Shown: piece by piece, positions 7,448 through 16,818 of the stretch
How positions within the stretch are numbered: the first letter of the stretch is position 1
How the letters are laid out: each line of letters begins with the position of its first letter
Assembly: GCA_027621385.1 (NCBI GenBank)
Contig: JAQCBQ010000001.1
Span: 1 to 39,741 of the forward strand
DNA from: Bacteroidota bacterium
GTDB taxonomy: Bacteria > Bacteroidota > Bacteroidia > CAIKAF01
Reading direction: 5' to 3'
DNA: 39,741 nt
Made by a program: the position numbers and the translations under genes
Notes under the pieces: model-generated
What the model saw: the letters and a program-made list of their open reading frames with translations, nothing else
What the model was told of the DNA's origin: nothing
Database searches by the model: none

Positions 7448-9880
7448 TTAAAGTCTAATGGCATATTGCACTAGGAAAAATCGAGGGGGATCAGCAAATA
7501 ATGGCCGCATAGAATATGCGACGTTCATTACATTGTTGACAATAAGTGATAGTCGGCTTTCCGGAGTGATGCTAAATCCGATTCTAGCGTCCACAATATG
7601 GGTTCCCTCCCGTTGAGTATCGCGAAATTCAGCCAATCCGGTTTTGAAAATCAAGTTGTCTAATATCAAAAAGGCTCGGTCTATATTTTGCATAAAACTA
7701 TTGTACCGGTAGCTTACCCCAATATTCCATTTTTTTATCAAAACCTCGGCATCTAGTTTTGCCGTATGTCGAAACCGATATTTTAAAACGGTTTCATTGG
7801 GGTCTTCGGCAACCACACTAGAGGAACTATTGTAGGTGATTTCTGTCCCCGATGCGTCAGAATAAATCACATAATTGGGGTCAAGAGTGAATGGATTTGA
7901 ATAGTTGTACCCAGCCAATATATTTAAGGTCAGGTTTTTAGATAATTTTCCTGAAGTGGCTATAGAAGCATCCACTCCATACATGCGCACAGGACCAATA
8001 TTTAAGGAGGTAAAGGCCAAAGGAGCTAAGGTAGAGAATGGTCCTGCCGTAAATTCAATGTAATTATCGTAGTCTTGCCAATAGGCCGCTACATCCAACA
8101 ACCCATTGAAACCAGGTCCCAACTTAAAGCCCTGTTTCAGACCTACCTCGTATGAAATACTGGTTTCGGCAGCTAAATTCGGAGAGGGTACAATAAAAGC
8201 TCCACCCACTATGGTTTGAACATAGCGTTCTGCAATGGTCGGGAATCGATAGCCCTGACCAACTGAGGCACGAATAAAGGTGTGTTCGGCCATCTTAAAG
8301 CTTAATCCCCCCCGAAATACAGGTTTCGTTTCCCGAATGTCGCCGATTTGGAAATGTTCTACCCGTAACCCTACCACTGCACTTAGCCTCTGCTTGAAAA
8401 ACTTGTTTTCCATCTGTGCATAAGCAGCTAAGTTCGTTTGCTGGTTTTCACCTTGGTTGACATTCCCGGCGAAAATTTGTGAATTGGCAAAAACCTGGTT
8501 CAGCATGACTCCACCGATTAAATTTAAATGGCGCAGCAGGGATGTTTCAGTAACCCCTTGCGTAAAGCGCTTTTGATACTGATACTCTGCAAATAATACC
8601 TGATTGGCATTGGCTTGATTGTTGTCATTGTCGTTGTTCAGGTGGTACAGCCGGGTGCGTAAGTTGTGGCTGCTGCCCCGCTTTCCAACGTAACTAATAT
8701 AGGGGTCTACGGCAACTTGCTGCTGGATGGTACGCGTAACGCTTCCGGCGCTATAGCGGTAAAACCCTTCGGCACTGTTTTCGTGGATAAAACCCGAAGA
8801 ACTTCGTGAAAATAGAAGCGTAGAATTCAATCCAATACTTAAGCCCGGTATAGACTTAAAGCGATATCGAGTGTTTAAGTGCGTTCGCAAGCGGTTGCCA
8901 TATTGGCCGGGGTCTGAATTGCTGGTATCTCCATTGGCCAATGAGGCGGCCATGGAAGGTGGGCCACTCCATCCATTTTCCGCTTGGGCATTCAAGCCAA
9001 CAACCAAATCAAACTGACCAAACTGCTGCAAATGAGTAGCTGAAATCCCCGCTTGCATGGGTGGAACATCGGTGCTCCAGTTCCGGTCTGAGGGTAAGTC
9101 ATAAATGCCGGCGTAGGTTTGAATTCGAGTAGAAGGCTTGGTCGAAGGATAGGTAGTTCGAACATGAATAGCTCCGTTCAACGCACTCGACCCATAAAGC
9201 ACAGACGAGGCTCCTTTGATGACTTCAATTTGCTCGATGGTTTCCGTGGGCACAAAACTCCAGGCGGCACGGCCCGCATCGCCAGATAAAATAGGCATAT
9301 CGTCCACAAGGACCATCACACGGCTTCCCGCCCCAAAGGAATATCCGCTCCCCGACCGAATTTGTGGCTCTTCATCTACAATATTAACGCCAGGCACTTG
9401 GCTTAAGACTTGGCTTACTGTGGTCGTATTTTTATTCTCAATCAAAGCCGGACGCACCACTTCCATCGAAACGGTAAGCTCTTCCAATCTCTTTTCATAT
9501 TTTCCCTCAGATTTTACCATGATTTCTCCTAAGGTTCTAACCATCGGCTTAAGTTTGATTTCGATGCTTTGAGTTGAATTGGCGGTAAGAGAAAGGGTCT
9601 GGGAAGTTGGGAAAAACTCGATGGAAGTCACCTTTAAAGTCACTTGACTTGAGGCGATTACTGGCAGGGTGAATCGACCGTCGATATCGCTGGAGGTTCC
9701 CGTTGTGCTGCCATCTATAACAATATTGGCGAAAGGAACAGCCAAACCTGTTTCAGCATTGGTGATTCGGCCCTCAACAATGGCCTTTTGGGCAAGCAAA
9801 AAAGAAGGAAGAAAAAGGAGTGAAAATAAAAGGCTCCTAGTAAACGTAGATATCATACTGACTTTTTGAACATGAAACAT
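7448..9880 (-). CDS. TonB-dependent outer-membrane receptor with an N-terminal carboxypeptidase-regulatory-like domain
   Basis: The signal peptide is followed by IVEGRITNAETGLAVPFANIVIDG (CarbopepD_reg-like). A plug segment follows (GVNIVDE..IRSGSG, IEVIKGASSVLYGSSALNGAIHV), then a long beta-barrel. The start is ambiguous between ATGs at 9880 and 9856. Confidence 0.85.
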   Translation of the reverse strand: MFHVQKVSMISTFTRSLLFSLLFLPSFLLAQKAIVEGRITNAETGLAVPFANIVIDGSTTGTSSDIDGRFTLPVIASSQVTLKVTSIEFFPTSQTLSLTANSTQSIEIKLKPMVRTLGEIMVKSEGKYEKRLEELTVSMEVVRPALIENKNTTTVSQVLSQVPGVNIVDEEPQIRSGSGYSFGAGSRVMVLVDDMPILSGDAGRAAWSFVPTETIEQIEVIKGASSVLYGSSALNGAIHVRTTYPSTKPSTRIQTYAGIYDLPSDRNWSTDVPPMQAGISATHLQQFGQFDLVVGLNAQAENGWSGPPSMAASLANGDTSNSDPGQYGNRLRTHLNTRYRFKSIPGLSIGLNSTLLFSRSSSGFIHENSAEGFYRYSAGSVTRTIQQQVAVDPYISYVGKRGSSHNLRTRLYHLNNDNDNNQANANQVLFAEYQYQKRFTQGVTETSLLRHLNLIGGVMLNQVFANSQIFAGNVNQGENQQTNLAAYAQMENKFFKQRLSAVVGLRVEHFQIGDIRETKPVFRGGLSFKMAEHTFIRASVGQGYRFPTIAERYVQTIVGGAFIVPSPNLAAETSISYEVGLKQGFKLGPGFNGLLDVAAYWQDYDNYIEFTAGPFSTLAPLAFTSLNIGPVRMYGVDASIATSGKLSKNLTLNILAGYNYSNPFTLDPNYVIYSDASGTEITYNSSSSVVAEDPNETVLKYRFRHTAKLDAEVLIKKWNIGVSYRYNSFMQNIDRAFLILDNLIFKTGLAEFRDTQREGTHIVDARIGFSITPESRLSLIVNNVMNVAYSMRPLFADPPRFFLVQYAIRL

Positions 9881-10054
9881 CAACCAAGATCAATGGGCTC
9901 GATTGCGACTCAAATTGAATATTCCAACATTCAAAACCATTTAGGCTTTCCATAGGTTGGCGGCTAGAATAATCCATTTTGGCATAGCCAAACCTATGAA
10001 GATTTCTCGATTTTCCAATACAACCTTTTAAGCCCGCACTTCTTCTTCTCTTTT

Positions 10055-10900
10055 CTACGATGGCGATTTGCCTAAAATTCCAAGCAGCATGGCCTTGTTT
10101 ACAGGCAACAAAACATCTTCCAATTCTTCCTCCAATTCAGATTCCTGCCATGCGGGGGTAAGGGCGTGGGTGTACAATTCCCATTCTCCATTGTTGTATT
10201 CAAGAGCAGTTAGATTCTCAATCCAGTCACCCGAATTCAGATACCGAACCCTGCCTGTTTTATTTTCAAACCAGCGCTTTGCAGGTTGATGAATGTGACC
10301 GCAAATCACGGTTTGATAGCCTTGGTCTATGGCGAGTTCGGCTGCCGTGGTTTCGAAATCTGTCACAAATTTGACCGCTTGTTTTACACTGTTTTTTACC
10401 CGCTTTGATAGCGAGATTCTGCCATTACCTGTCTTTTCTGAAAGCCAATTTAAGGCTCGATTTATTAAAATCAGCAAATCATACCCTTGACCTCCAAGTT
10501 TAGCTATCCATTTTGAGTATTGAATGCTAGCATCAAAAACATCTCCGTGAAAAATCCAGGTTTTATTCCCTTCCAATTCCAAAATTAATTTGTCTTGAAT
10601 GCGCAATGAACCAAATTGAACGCAGGGAAATCGCCGTAGCATTTCATCATGGTTGCCCGGCAAATAGGTTACTGGAACTCCCTTCATTGCCCATTTTAAT
10701 AAATGCTGCAGTACTTTCATATGGGATTCTGGCCAATACCATTTTTTAAATTGCCACATGTCAATGATGTCTCCATTCAGCACCACCTGTTCAGGTTTAA
10801 TGCTTTTTAGATAGGAAAGCAATTCTTTGGCATGGCAACCAAAAGTGCCCAAATGGACATCAGAAAGAACCAAGACCTGCACCTTTCTTTTGGGAGGCAT
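10055..10900 (-). CDS. lpxH: UDP-2,3-diacylglucosamine diphosphatase-like metallophosphoesterase
   Basis: Calcineurin-like phosphoesterase motifs are present: LSDVHLG, NGDIIDMW, GNHDE, FHGDVFD and CGHIH. Confidence 0.75.
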   Translation of the reverse strand: MPPKRKVQVLVLSDVHLGTFGCHAKELLSYLKSIKPEQVVLNGDIIDMWQFKKWYWPESHMKVLQHLLKWAMKGVPVTYLPGNHDEMLRRFPCVQFGSLRIQDKLILELEGNKTWIFHGDVFDASIQYSKWIAKLGGQGYDLLILINRALNWLSEKTGNGRISLSKRVKNSVKQAVKFVTDFETTAAELAIDQGYQTVICGHIHQPAKRWFENKTGRVRYLNSGDWIENLTALEYNNGEWELYTHALTPAWQESELEEELEDVLLPVNKAMLLGILGKSPS

Positions 10901-11038
10901 AACAGATTTTTACAAGGATAGTTCGACCATAGAAATTGGAGGTTAATTCTGGATTAATTTAACGCTATGCCTTTGACACTAGCATGCCGGTCGAACAGGA
11001 GCAATTTTACATTCAATTCGAACCATTTGGCCCGAAAT

Positions 11039-11371
11039 CTAGACCCGAATAAGGGCTTTCAATGCATTGGCCATCACGCTTGATGTGGGCAATTCATTTC
11101 CAATATATACAACGGCTTGGTGCGATTGGATAGGCTCTCTGACCACAGAAAAATACACCGCCCGCATTTGCCTTTTGACTCGATTTCGGTCTACCGCTCG
11201 TTTGAATTTTTTCTTCGAAACGCTAAAAACAACTTTCCCATCACCGACAGAATCAACAGCCGTAATTAACAATAAAGGATACCGGAATTCCCGCTTTCCA
11301 TTTGAAAACAAAGATGAAATGACGATAGAAGATTTTAAGGAAAACCTTCGGCCATTTCGAACGGGATTCAT
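11039..11371 (-). CDS. rnpA: Ribonuclease P protein component
   Basis: Small basic protein of 110 aa with the RNR-type motif KRAVDRNRVKRQMR. Its ATG overlaps the hemD stop as ATGA. Confidence 0.8.
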   Translation of the reverse strand: MNPVRNGRRFSLKSSIVISSLFSNGKREFRYPLLLITAVDSVGDGKVVFSVSKKKFKRAVDRNRVKRQMRAVYFSVVREPIQSHQAVVYIGNELPTSSVMANALKALIRV

Positions 11372-12123
11372 TTTTTTGATTTGCCGTTAACTTGCTTTAA
11401 ATACCATTCCAAGGCCATCGCCATGGAAGGAGCTTTGGGCATCGGAGCCTTTAATTGGACTACCAGGCCAGCAGCCTCGGCAGCTTGAGCTGTACCTTCC
11501 CCGAAGGTGCCAACATGAATGTCTCCTTGTTTGAAATCAGGAAAGTTTTTTGAAAGAGATTCCACGCCATTTGGACTAAAAAAAACAATCATATCAAATT
11601 CCTGAACAGGAAATCCAGCCATATCAGAGGAAACCGTTTTATAAAACGCAGCCTTGGTAAAGGCGATTTTATTCTTGTTTAAAAAATCTGTGATTTTATC
11701 GCTGTGTTTGTCTGAACAAGGGAACAAGAACCTTTCTGTTTTATTCTTTTTGAAGTTGTCCAACAAATCTTCTACCCCATTCGTTCCATGAAAAATTTTC
11801 CGCTTGCGGTACACAATGTACTTCTGCATATAAAGTGCAATGGTTTCTGATGCACAAAAGTATTTCATGCTTTCAGGAATGGAAAACCGCATTTCCTGCG
11901 CCAGCCTGAAATAATGGTCGACCGAACTTTTGGAGGTTAAAACTACACACCCATACTCGGAAAAATCGATCTTATGTTTTCTTAATTCTACAGCAGTTAC
12001 ACCTTCAACGTGAATAAACGGCTTGAACTCCAAGCTGACCTTTTGAGACTTCGCCACATCAAAATACGGAGACTTTTCGGTTTCCGGTTTGGGCTGACTG
12101 ATTAACACCGACCTGATTTTCAT
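11368..12123 (-). CDS. hemD: Uroporphyrinogen-III synthase family protein
   Basis: HEM4-like two-lobe layout, 251 aa. Its position between DUF4271 and rnpA is the synteny I know from Bacteroidota. Confidence 0.7.
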   Translation of the reverse strand: MKIRSVLISQPKPETEKSPYFDVAKSQKVSLEFKPFIHVEGVTAVELRKHKIDFSEYGCVVLTSKSSVDHYFRLAQEMRFSIPESMKYFCASETIALYMQKYIVYRKRKIFHGTNGVEDLLDNFKKNKTERFLFPCSDKHSDKITDFLNKNKIAFTKAAFYKTVSSDMAGFPVQEFDMIVFFSPNGVESLSKNFPDFKQGDIHVGTFGEGTAQAAEAAGLVVQLKAPMPKAPSMAMALEWYLKQVNGKSKK

Positions 12124-12143
12124 GGGGTTTACTTCGAATTACA

Positions 12144-12875
12144 TCAGGATAAAAATCCAATCCACTTTAAAAATAGAAAGAAAGGAATGAGTTCTAAGGT
12201 GCAAAGATACAAAATATAGTATACCCCAAAAGTGCGTGTGCTGAACCAAAGTACTGAGGATAAGCGAATAAAATAAAGTACAAAGCCTCCCAACATTAAA
12301 ACGAACAAAAGTCTGGGGTTTAAATTTGAAATTTGAACCCACTGGATATTGAAAAAAAACAAGACCAACATTGCCACCATGCCAATCCCAAAAAGGAATT
12401 GGTAAAATACGGCGTTGTGCGCTCGAGCAAGCACCTTGAACGAGAATAACCTTCCAAGCTGTTCTACCAACAATGCCTTGAAAACAACGATACTCATTCC
12501 CATTAAAGTTAGGGTCACAGGGGACCAATCTTGCCCTTCTGAAAACCACCATGCAATCCAAACGGGAGCCGTCGAAAACCCCGCCAAAAACAATCCCCAA
12601 TCAGAGGGGAATCCCTTTCGGTCATAACTTTCAACGTATTCCAACAGCATGGGTCGATGAACCATTGACCGGAAAAAAATAAGCAGCCGATGCCGGTTTC
12701 CTTGAAGGGAAACAATCAAAAAAAATAAGGCAGACATCAGCGCCCAAAAAAACCAAACCTGAACAGGAAATTTGGTGGGCTTCAGAATACCTTCCCACAA
12801 TTCGACCTGCAAACCCTCGGAAAATAAGGCAAATGTCATGTGCTGTGAAAGAAATTTCATCCAAAGGTAATTCAT
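12144..12875 (-). CDS. DUF4271 family integral membrane protein
   Basis: Multiple transmembrane segments and the C-terminal motif YILYLCTLELIPFFLFLK typical of DUF4271. It lies next to hemD. Confidence 0.7.
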   Translation of the reverse strand: MNYLWMKFLSQHMTFALFSEGLQVELWEGILKPTKFPVQVWFFWALMSALFFLIVSLQGNRHRLLIFFRSMVHRPMLLEYVESYDRKGFPSDWGLFLAGFSTAPVWIAWWFSEGQDWSPVTLTLMGMSIVVFKALLVEQLGRLFSFKVLARAHNAVFYQFLFGIGMVAMLVLFFFNIQWVQISNLNPRLLFVLMLGGFVLYFIRLSSVLWFSTRTFGVYYILYLCTLELIPFFLFLKWIGFLS

Positions 12876-13098
12876 TTCTTTCCCCCTGTGGGGAATAATG
12901 GTTCAAGGTTTTTAATTTTCGTTGCCCTAAGGAATTAGAAAATTGAAAGGCCTACATGCAGTTATGATGCGCATCAATTTGCATCTTTGCCTCAAGTTCT
13001 GCCTCCAACAGAATGCAATCAAATGATTTTTTCTGCTCCTATCCTTTTAACCAGCCACCTAAGTCTCTTTGTTGCTTTGTCCGTAAATCAGTAAAACC

Positions 13099-14139
13099 AT
13101 GTCAACTTTCGATCCCAATGCTCCAGCCTCATCTTCATCCGGAATTTTTGGGCTTCCCTATTCTGAAGCCGAAGCCGACCTTGTCTTACTTCCTGTCCCC
13201 TGGGCTGTGACTGTTTCCTATGGCTCTGGAGCCGACAAAGGCCCTCAAGCCATTTTCGATGCTTCTATGCAGGTGGATTTGTACGAATCCTCATTCCCAA
13301 ATGTTTGGGAATGCAAAACGGCTATGATGCCCATTTCAAAGTCAATAAAAAAAGACAGCAAACATTTACGAACGCTGGCCGAAACCTACATCGACGGGTT
13401 AATCCGTGGAACGGAGTCAGATAAAAATGAACAAGCCTTTTTGCTGAAAAATATTGATGCTGGATGCCAAGCCATGAACCAATGGGTCGAAAAGAAAACA
13501 ATGGCCTTGATAAATAAAGGTAAAATGGTCGGTTTAATTGGCGGCGATCATTCAACTCCTCTTGGTGCCGTTCGGGCCCTTAGCACGAAATTCCCCCAAT
13601 TGTCTATTTTACAAATCGATGCTCATTGCGACCTGAGGTCGGCCTATGAAGGATTTACATATTCCCACGCCTCAATCAGCAGAAATATACACCAAGAATT
13701 ACCTAATTTAAAAGCCTTGGTTCAGGTTGGCATTCGGGATTTGTGCGATGAAGAGGCTAAGTATGCCGAACAGCACGATAATATTCATTTATTTACCGAC
13801 CGATGGATGCAAGATTCCTTGGCCAATGGCCAAACCTGGAACCAAACACTGAACAACATCATTGAACCCCTGGGCCAAGACGTTTATTTAAGTTTTGATA
13901 TTGACGGCCTTGAGCCTTCGCTTTGTCCAAATACGGGAACACCTGTTCCTGGCGGTCTGAGTTTTTACCATGCGGTATCGCTCATCCAATCTATTCATCG
14001 GTCTGGAAGAAAACTGATTGGATTTGACCTGGTCGAGGTGGTTCCTGGAGATTCTGAATGGGATGCCAATGTCGGTGCCCGAATTTTGTTTCATCTTTGT
14101 ACCGAATCGCATCGATCTAAATTATCTGAAAACCAATAA
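13099..14139 (+). CDS. speB: Agmatinase / ureohydrolase (arginase family)
   Basis: Mn-binding motifs GGDHSTPLG, DAHCDLR and SFDIDGLEPS are present. Confidence 0.85.
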   Translation: MSTFDPNAPASSSSGIFGLPYSEAEADLVLLPVPWAVTVSYGSGADKGPQAIFDASMQVDLYESSFPNVWECKTAMMPISKSIKKDSKHLRTLAETYIDGLIRGTESDKNEQAFLLKNIDAGCQAMNQWVEKKTMALINKGKMVGLIGGDHSTPLGAVRALSTKFPQLSILQIDAHCDLRSAYEGFTYSHASISRNIHQELPNLKALVQVGIRDLCDEEAKYAEQHDNIHLFTDRWMQDSLANGQTWNQTLNNIIEPLGQDVYLSFDIDGLEPSLCPNTGTPVPGGLSFYHAVSLIQSIHRSGRKLIGFDLVEVVPGDSEWDANVGARILFHLCTESHRSKLSENQ

Positions 14140-14151
14140 CCGATTTGAAGT

Positions 14152-15123
14152 ATGAAAGGGCCTGTCTCTAACTTTATTGAACACCACTATCGTCATTTTA
14201 ATGCAGCGGCCTTAGTGGACGCCGCCAAAGGGTATGAACAGCATATGTTGGAAGGAGGAAAAATGATGGTCACCTTGGCCGGCGCTATGAGCACCGCTGA
14301 ACTGGGATTGTCATTGGCCGAGATGATACGTCAAGGCAAGGTGGATATCATTTCTTGCACCGGAGCAAATCTGGAAGAAGATGTTATGAATTTGGTGGCT
14401 CACAGCCATTATAAGCGAGTACCACACTACCGAGACCTCAGCCCTCAAGACGAATGGGATTTGTTGGAACACGGATTCAACCGAGTTACCGACACCTGCA
14501 TTCCGGAAGAGGAGGCTTTTCGTCGGATTCAAAAACACATTTTCAGCATATGGAAACAAGCTGAGGAGTCCGGAGAACGCTATTTCCCTCATGAATTTAT
14601 GTATAAACTGCTGTTGAGCGGCGTAATGGAACAATACTACGAGATTGACCCTAAAAACAGTTGGATGATTGCGGCTGCAGAACGGAATCTGCCCATTGTT
14701 GTTCCTGGTTGGGAAGACAGTACGATGGGTAACATTTTTGCTTCGTATTGCATCAAAGGTAAACTTAAGCCCTCAACCATGAAATCCGGAATTGAATATA
14801 TGACTTGGCTGAGCGATTGGTACCGAGGGAATTCTGGAGGCAAAGGAGTTGGTTTTTTCCAAATTGGCGGCGGTATTGCCGGAGATTTCCCCATTTGTGT
14901 GGTGCCCATGATGTACCAAGATTTAGAATGGCATGATGTTCCATTTTGGTCGTACTTCTGCCAAATCAGCGACTCTACAACTTCTTATGGCTCATATAGC
15001 GGTGCCGTACCCAACGAAAAAATCACTTGGGGAAAGCTGGATGTTAACACTCCAAAATTCATTGTAGAGTCCGACGCTACTATTGTGGCTCCATTGATTT
15101 TTGCTTGGCTTCTGGGCTGGTAA
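14152..15123 (+). CDS. Deoxyhypusine synthase-like protein (DHS / homospermidine-synthase-like)
   Basis: DHS-family length and layout: TLAGAMSTAELG, GANLEEDV, GGGIAGDF, and the lysine motif EKITWGKLD that aligns with the catalytic SWGK of eukaryotic DHS. It starts 12 nt after speB. Confidence 0.8.
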   Translation: MKGPVSNFIEHHYRHFNAAALVDAAKGYEQHMLEGGKMMVTLAGAMSTAELGLSLAEMIRQGKVDIISCTGANLEEDVMNLVAHSHYKRVPHYRDLSPQDEWDLLEHGFNRVTDTCIPEEEAFRRIQKHIFSIWKQAEESGERYFPHEFMYKLLLSGVMEQYYEIDPKNSWMIAAAERNLPIVVPGWEDSTMGNIFASYCIKGKLKPSTMKSGIEYMTWLSDWYRGNSGGKGVGFFQIGGGIAGDFPICVVPMMYQDLEWHDVPFWSYFCQISDSTTSYGSYSGAVPNEKITWGKLDVNTPKFIVESDATIVAPLIFAWLLGW

Positions 15124-15131
15124 ATCTACCC

Positions 15132-16103
15132 TCAATCCATCGCCTGCCCTGGTCGGTTGGATTGTTCAACTACTTTCGCATACTCTTCCGGACTAAAATC
15201 GGAATAGTAAAAATATACTGGATTTACAGGTTGTCCTTTATGTATGACCTCATAATGCAAATGAGGTCCTGTTGATTTGCCGGTGCTGCCTAAAAGACCT
15301 ATTTTTTGTCCCCGGGAAACGCGCATCCCAGACCGTACAGATACCGACATCAAGTGCGCATACACAGTTTCATATCCGAAACCATGCCGAATTCGTACAC
15401 AGTTGCCATATCCTCCAGCCTCTAACCCGGCACTGCTCACTACTCCGTTGCCTGTAGCATAAACTGGGGTCCCCAGCTCAGCAACAAAATCCATACCTGA
15501 ATGGAATTTTGGAGTCTGATAAATGGGGTCAATTCGATATCCAAAACCACTAGTCAACCGTTCCAAATCGCTCAAGTCTACCGGAATAATAGCAGGAATG
15601 CTTTTCAGCATTTCACTTTTGTTCTGAATGAGGCCCCACAATTCATCATACGACCTTGTTTGTACATAGGCCCGTTTTCGAAGCTGATCCATTTTTTGAG
15701 TGACCTCGGTTAGCATATCGGTAAGCAATAAGCCTTTGAACCTGTCGTATCGATTCAACCCTGAATTTCCGGAATTCCGAACCTCGGCAGAAACCGGCTC
15801 AGCAGCAACTAGGGCTCTATAAATTTGATCGTCGCGGTGTTCCAAATCTACAATAACTTCTTCCATTTGATTCAGTTGGTTTTCCAAAACCTTGAGTTGT
15901 GACTGGGTGAGATCAAGTTCTCGGCGCAACCTCTTTTCTTTAGGCGAATCCAAATACCGGTATGCAATCAACAAAACCGTTGTAGCAAATAACATCCCCG
16001 CAACAATATTAAAGGCAATACGAAAAATGCGCTTCGACCATTTTTCACGGTAAGGCTCGAAACGCAATGTTTTTGAATTGTAATGGTACTTAATGCGCGA
16101 CAT
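15132..16103 (-). CDS. M23 family metallopeptidase (membrane-anchored, coiled-coil)
   Basis: An N-terminal transmembrane segment and a coiled-coil are followed by intact M23 motifs: HSGMDF (HxxxD) and GPHLHYEV (HxH). Confidence 0.85.
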   Translation of the reverse strand: MSRIKYHYNSKTLRFEPYREKWSKRIFRIAFNIVAGMLFATTVLLIAYRYLDSPKEKRLRRELDLTQSQLKVLENQLNQMEEVIVDLEHRDDQIYRALVAAEPVSAEVRNSGNSGLNRYDRFKGLLLTDMLTEVTQKMDQLRKRAYVQTRSYDELWGLIQNKSEMLKSIPAIIPVDLSDLERLTSGFGYRIDPIYQTPKFHSGMDFVAELGTPVYATGNGVVSSAGLEAGGYGNCVRIRHGFGYETVYAHLMSVSVRSGMRVSRGQKIGLLGSTGKSTGPHLHYEVIHKGQPVNPVYFYYSDFSPEEYAKVVEQSNRPGQAMD

Positions 16104-16154
16104 TCGTTGCTATTGAACCCATTTGCTTTTTTTCATTCTTTGGCTTGTTTTCAC

Positions 16155-16185
16155 AAAAAAGCCCTCCGAAGAGGGCTAAAAAAAC
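16155..16185 (-). terminator. Rho-independent terminator after the DUF1573 gene
   Basis: The hairpin gccctc-cgaa-gagggc lies at 16161..16176. On the minus strand the loop reads cUUCGg and a T-run follows. It lies about 20 nt downstream of the stop at 16198. Confidence 0.75.
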
Positions 16186-16197
16186 AAACCAAACATA

Positions 16198-16662
16198 TTA
16201 TTCTCCAGGAACCCCCGAGTTGTTATTCACCGGAAGACCTCCACTGGCAGGTGGTTGCTTCACATTTCCAGTGATACGAACCACATGCTGTTTGTATTGA
16301 GGGTTACCCGCATCATCCATAGATTCAACTTCGTTGGTCGTAATGGTTACCGTCTTCGATATCATTCCTGGCCGCGCTGTATCGTATTTGATTTTGATTA
16401 CCCCTTTTGCTCCAGGACGAATTGGGTCCTTCGGCCACTCAGGTACGGTACATCCGCAAGAGCCTTTAGCATTGGTAATCATCAATGGTTGCTTACCTTC
16501 ATTCTTGAAAACAAAATCACGGACTCCATCCCCTTTGTATGGCACTTCACCATAATCAACAATCATTGATTCAGCTGTCAATTTGGCTCCGTCTGAATTT
16601 TGAGCCTGTACAGTTGCCCCAAAGAACAGAGCCGAGGCGACAAGAAGAACTGAAATTTTCAT
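16198..16662 (-). CDS. DUF1573 domain-containing secreted protein
   Basis: A signal peptide is followed by the characteristic motif NAKGSCGCTVPEWPKDPIRPG. Confidence 0.75.
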   Translation of the reverse strand: MKISVLLVASALFFGATVQAQNSDGAKLTAESMIVDYGEVPYKGDGVRDFVFKNEGKQPLMITNAKGSCGCTVPEWPKDPIRPGAKGVIKIKYDTARPGMISKTVTITTNEVESMDDAGNPQYKQHVVRITGNVKQPPASGGLPVNNNSGVPGE

Positions 16663-16708
16663 AATGCGATTTTTTTAACGATTCGTTCGTTTGCTTTCCA
16701 AAACTATG

Positions 16709-16739
16709 CAAATTTACAGCGTAGGCATTGGATTAACAA
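16709..16739 (-). promoter_or_regulatory. Candidate Bacteroidota sigma-A promoter for the DUF1573 gene
   Basis: The minus strand reads TTG (16739..16737), then a 20-nt spacer, then TAAATTTG (16716..16709). This fits TTG-N19-21-TAnnTTTG and lies 47 nt upstream of the ATG. Confidence 0.4.
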
Positions 16740-16818
16740 AAGTTTAACAGCATAAAAAAGCGGCGGAAGGCCTAAGGCTAATGCTTGGCTCAAGCAAGTT
16801 TCTGCCTACTTTTACCCC

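Noticed and set aside
9950-10002. Inverted repeat cataggttggc / gccaaacctatg upstream of the TonB-dependent receptor, considered as a riboswitch or terminator
   Set aside because: It is a single hairpin with a bulge and no T-run, and it matches no riboswitch core I know (the B12 box and the TPP motif are absent). The evidence is too weak to call.
12139-12600. Alternative-frame ORF of 153 aa overlapping the DUF4271 gene
   Set aside because: It lies on the same strand as, and almost entirely inside, the longer 12144..12875 ORF, which has the recognisable DUF4271 C-terminal motif and membrane topology.
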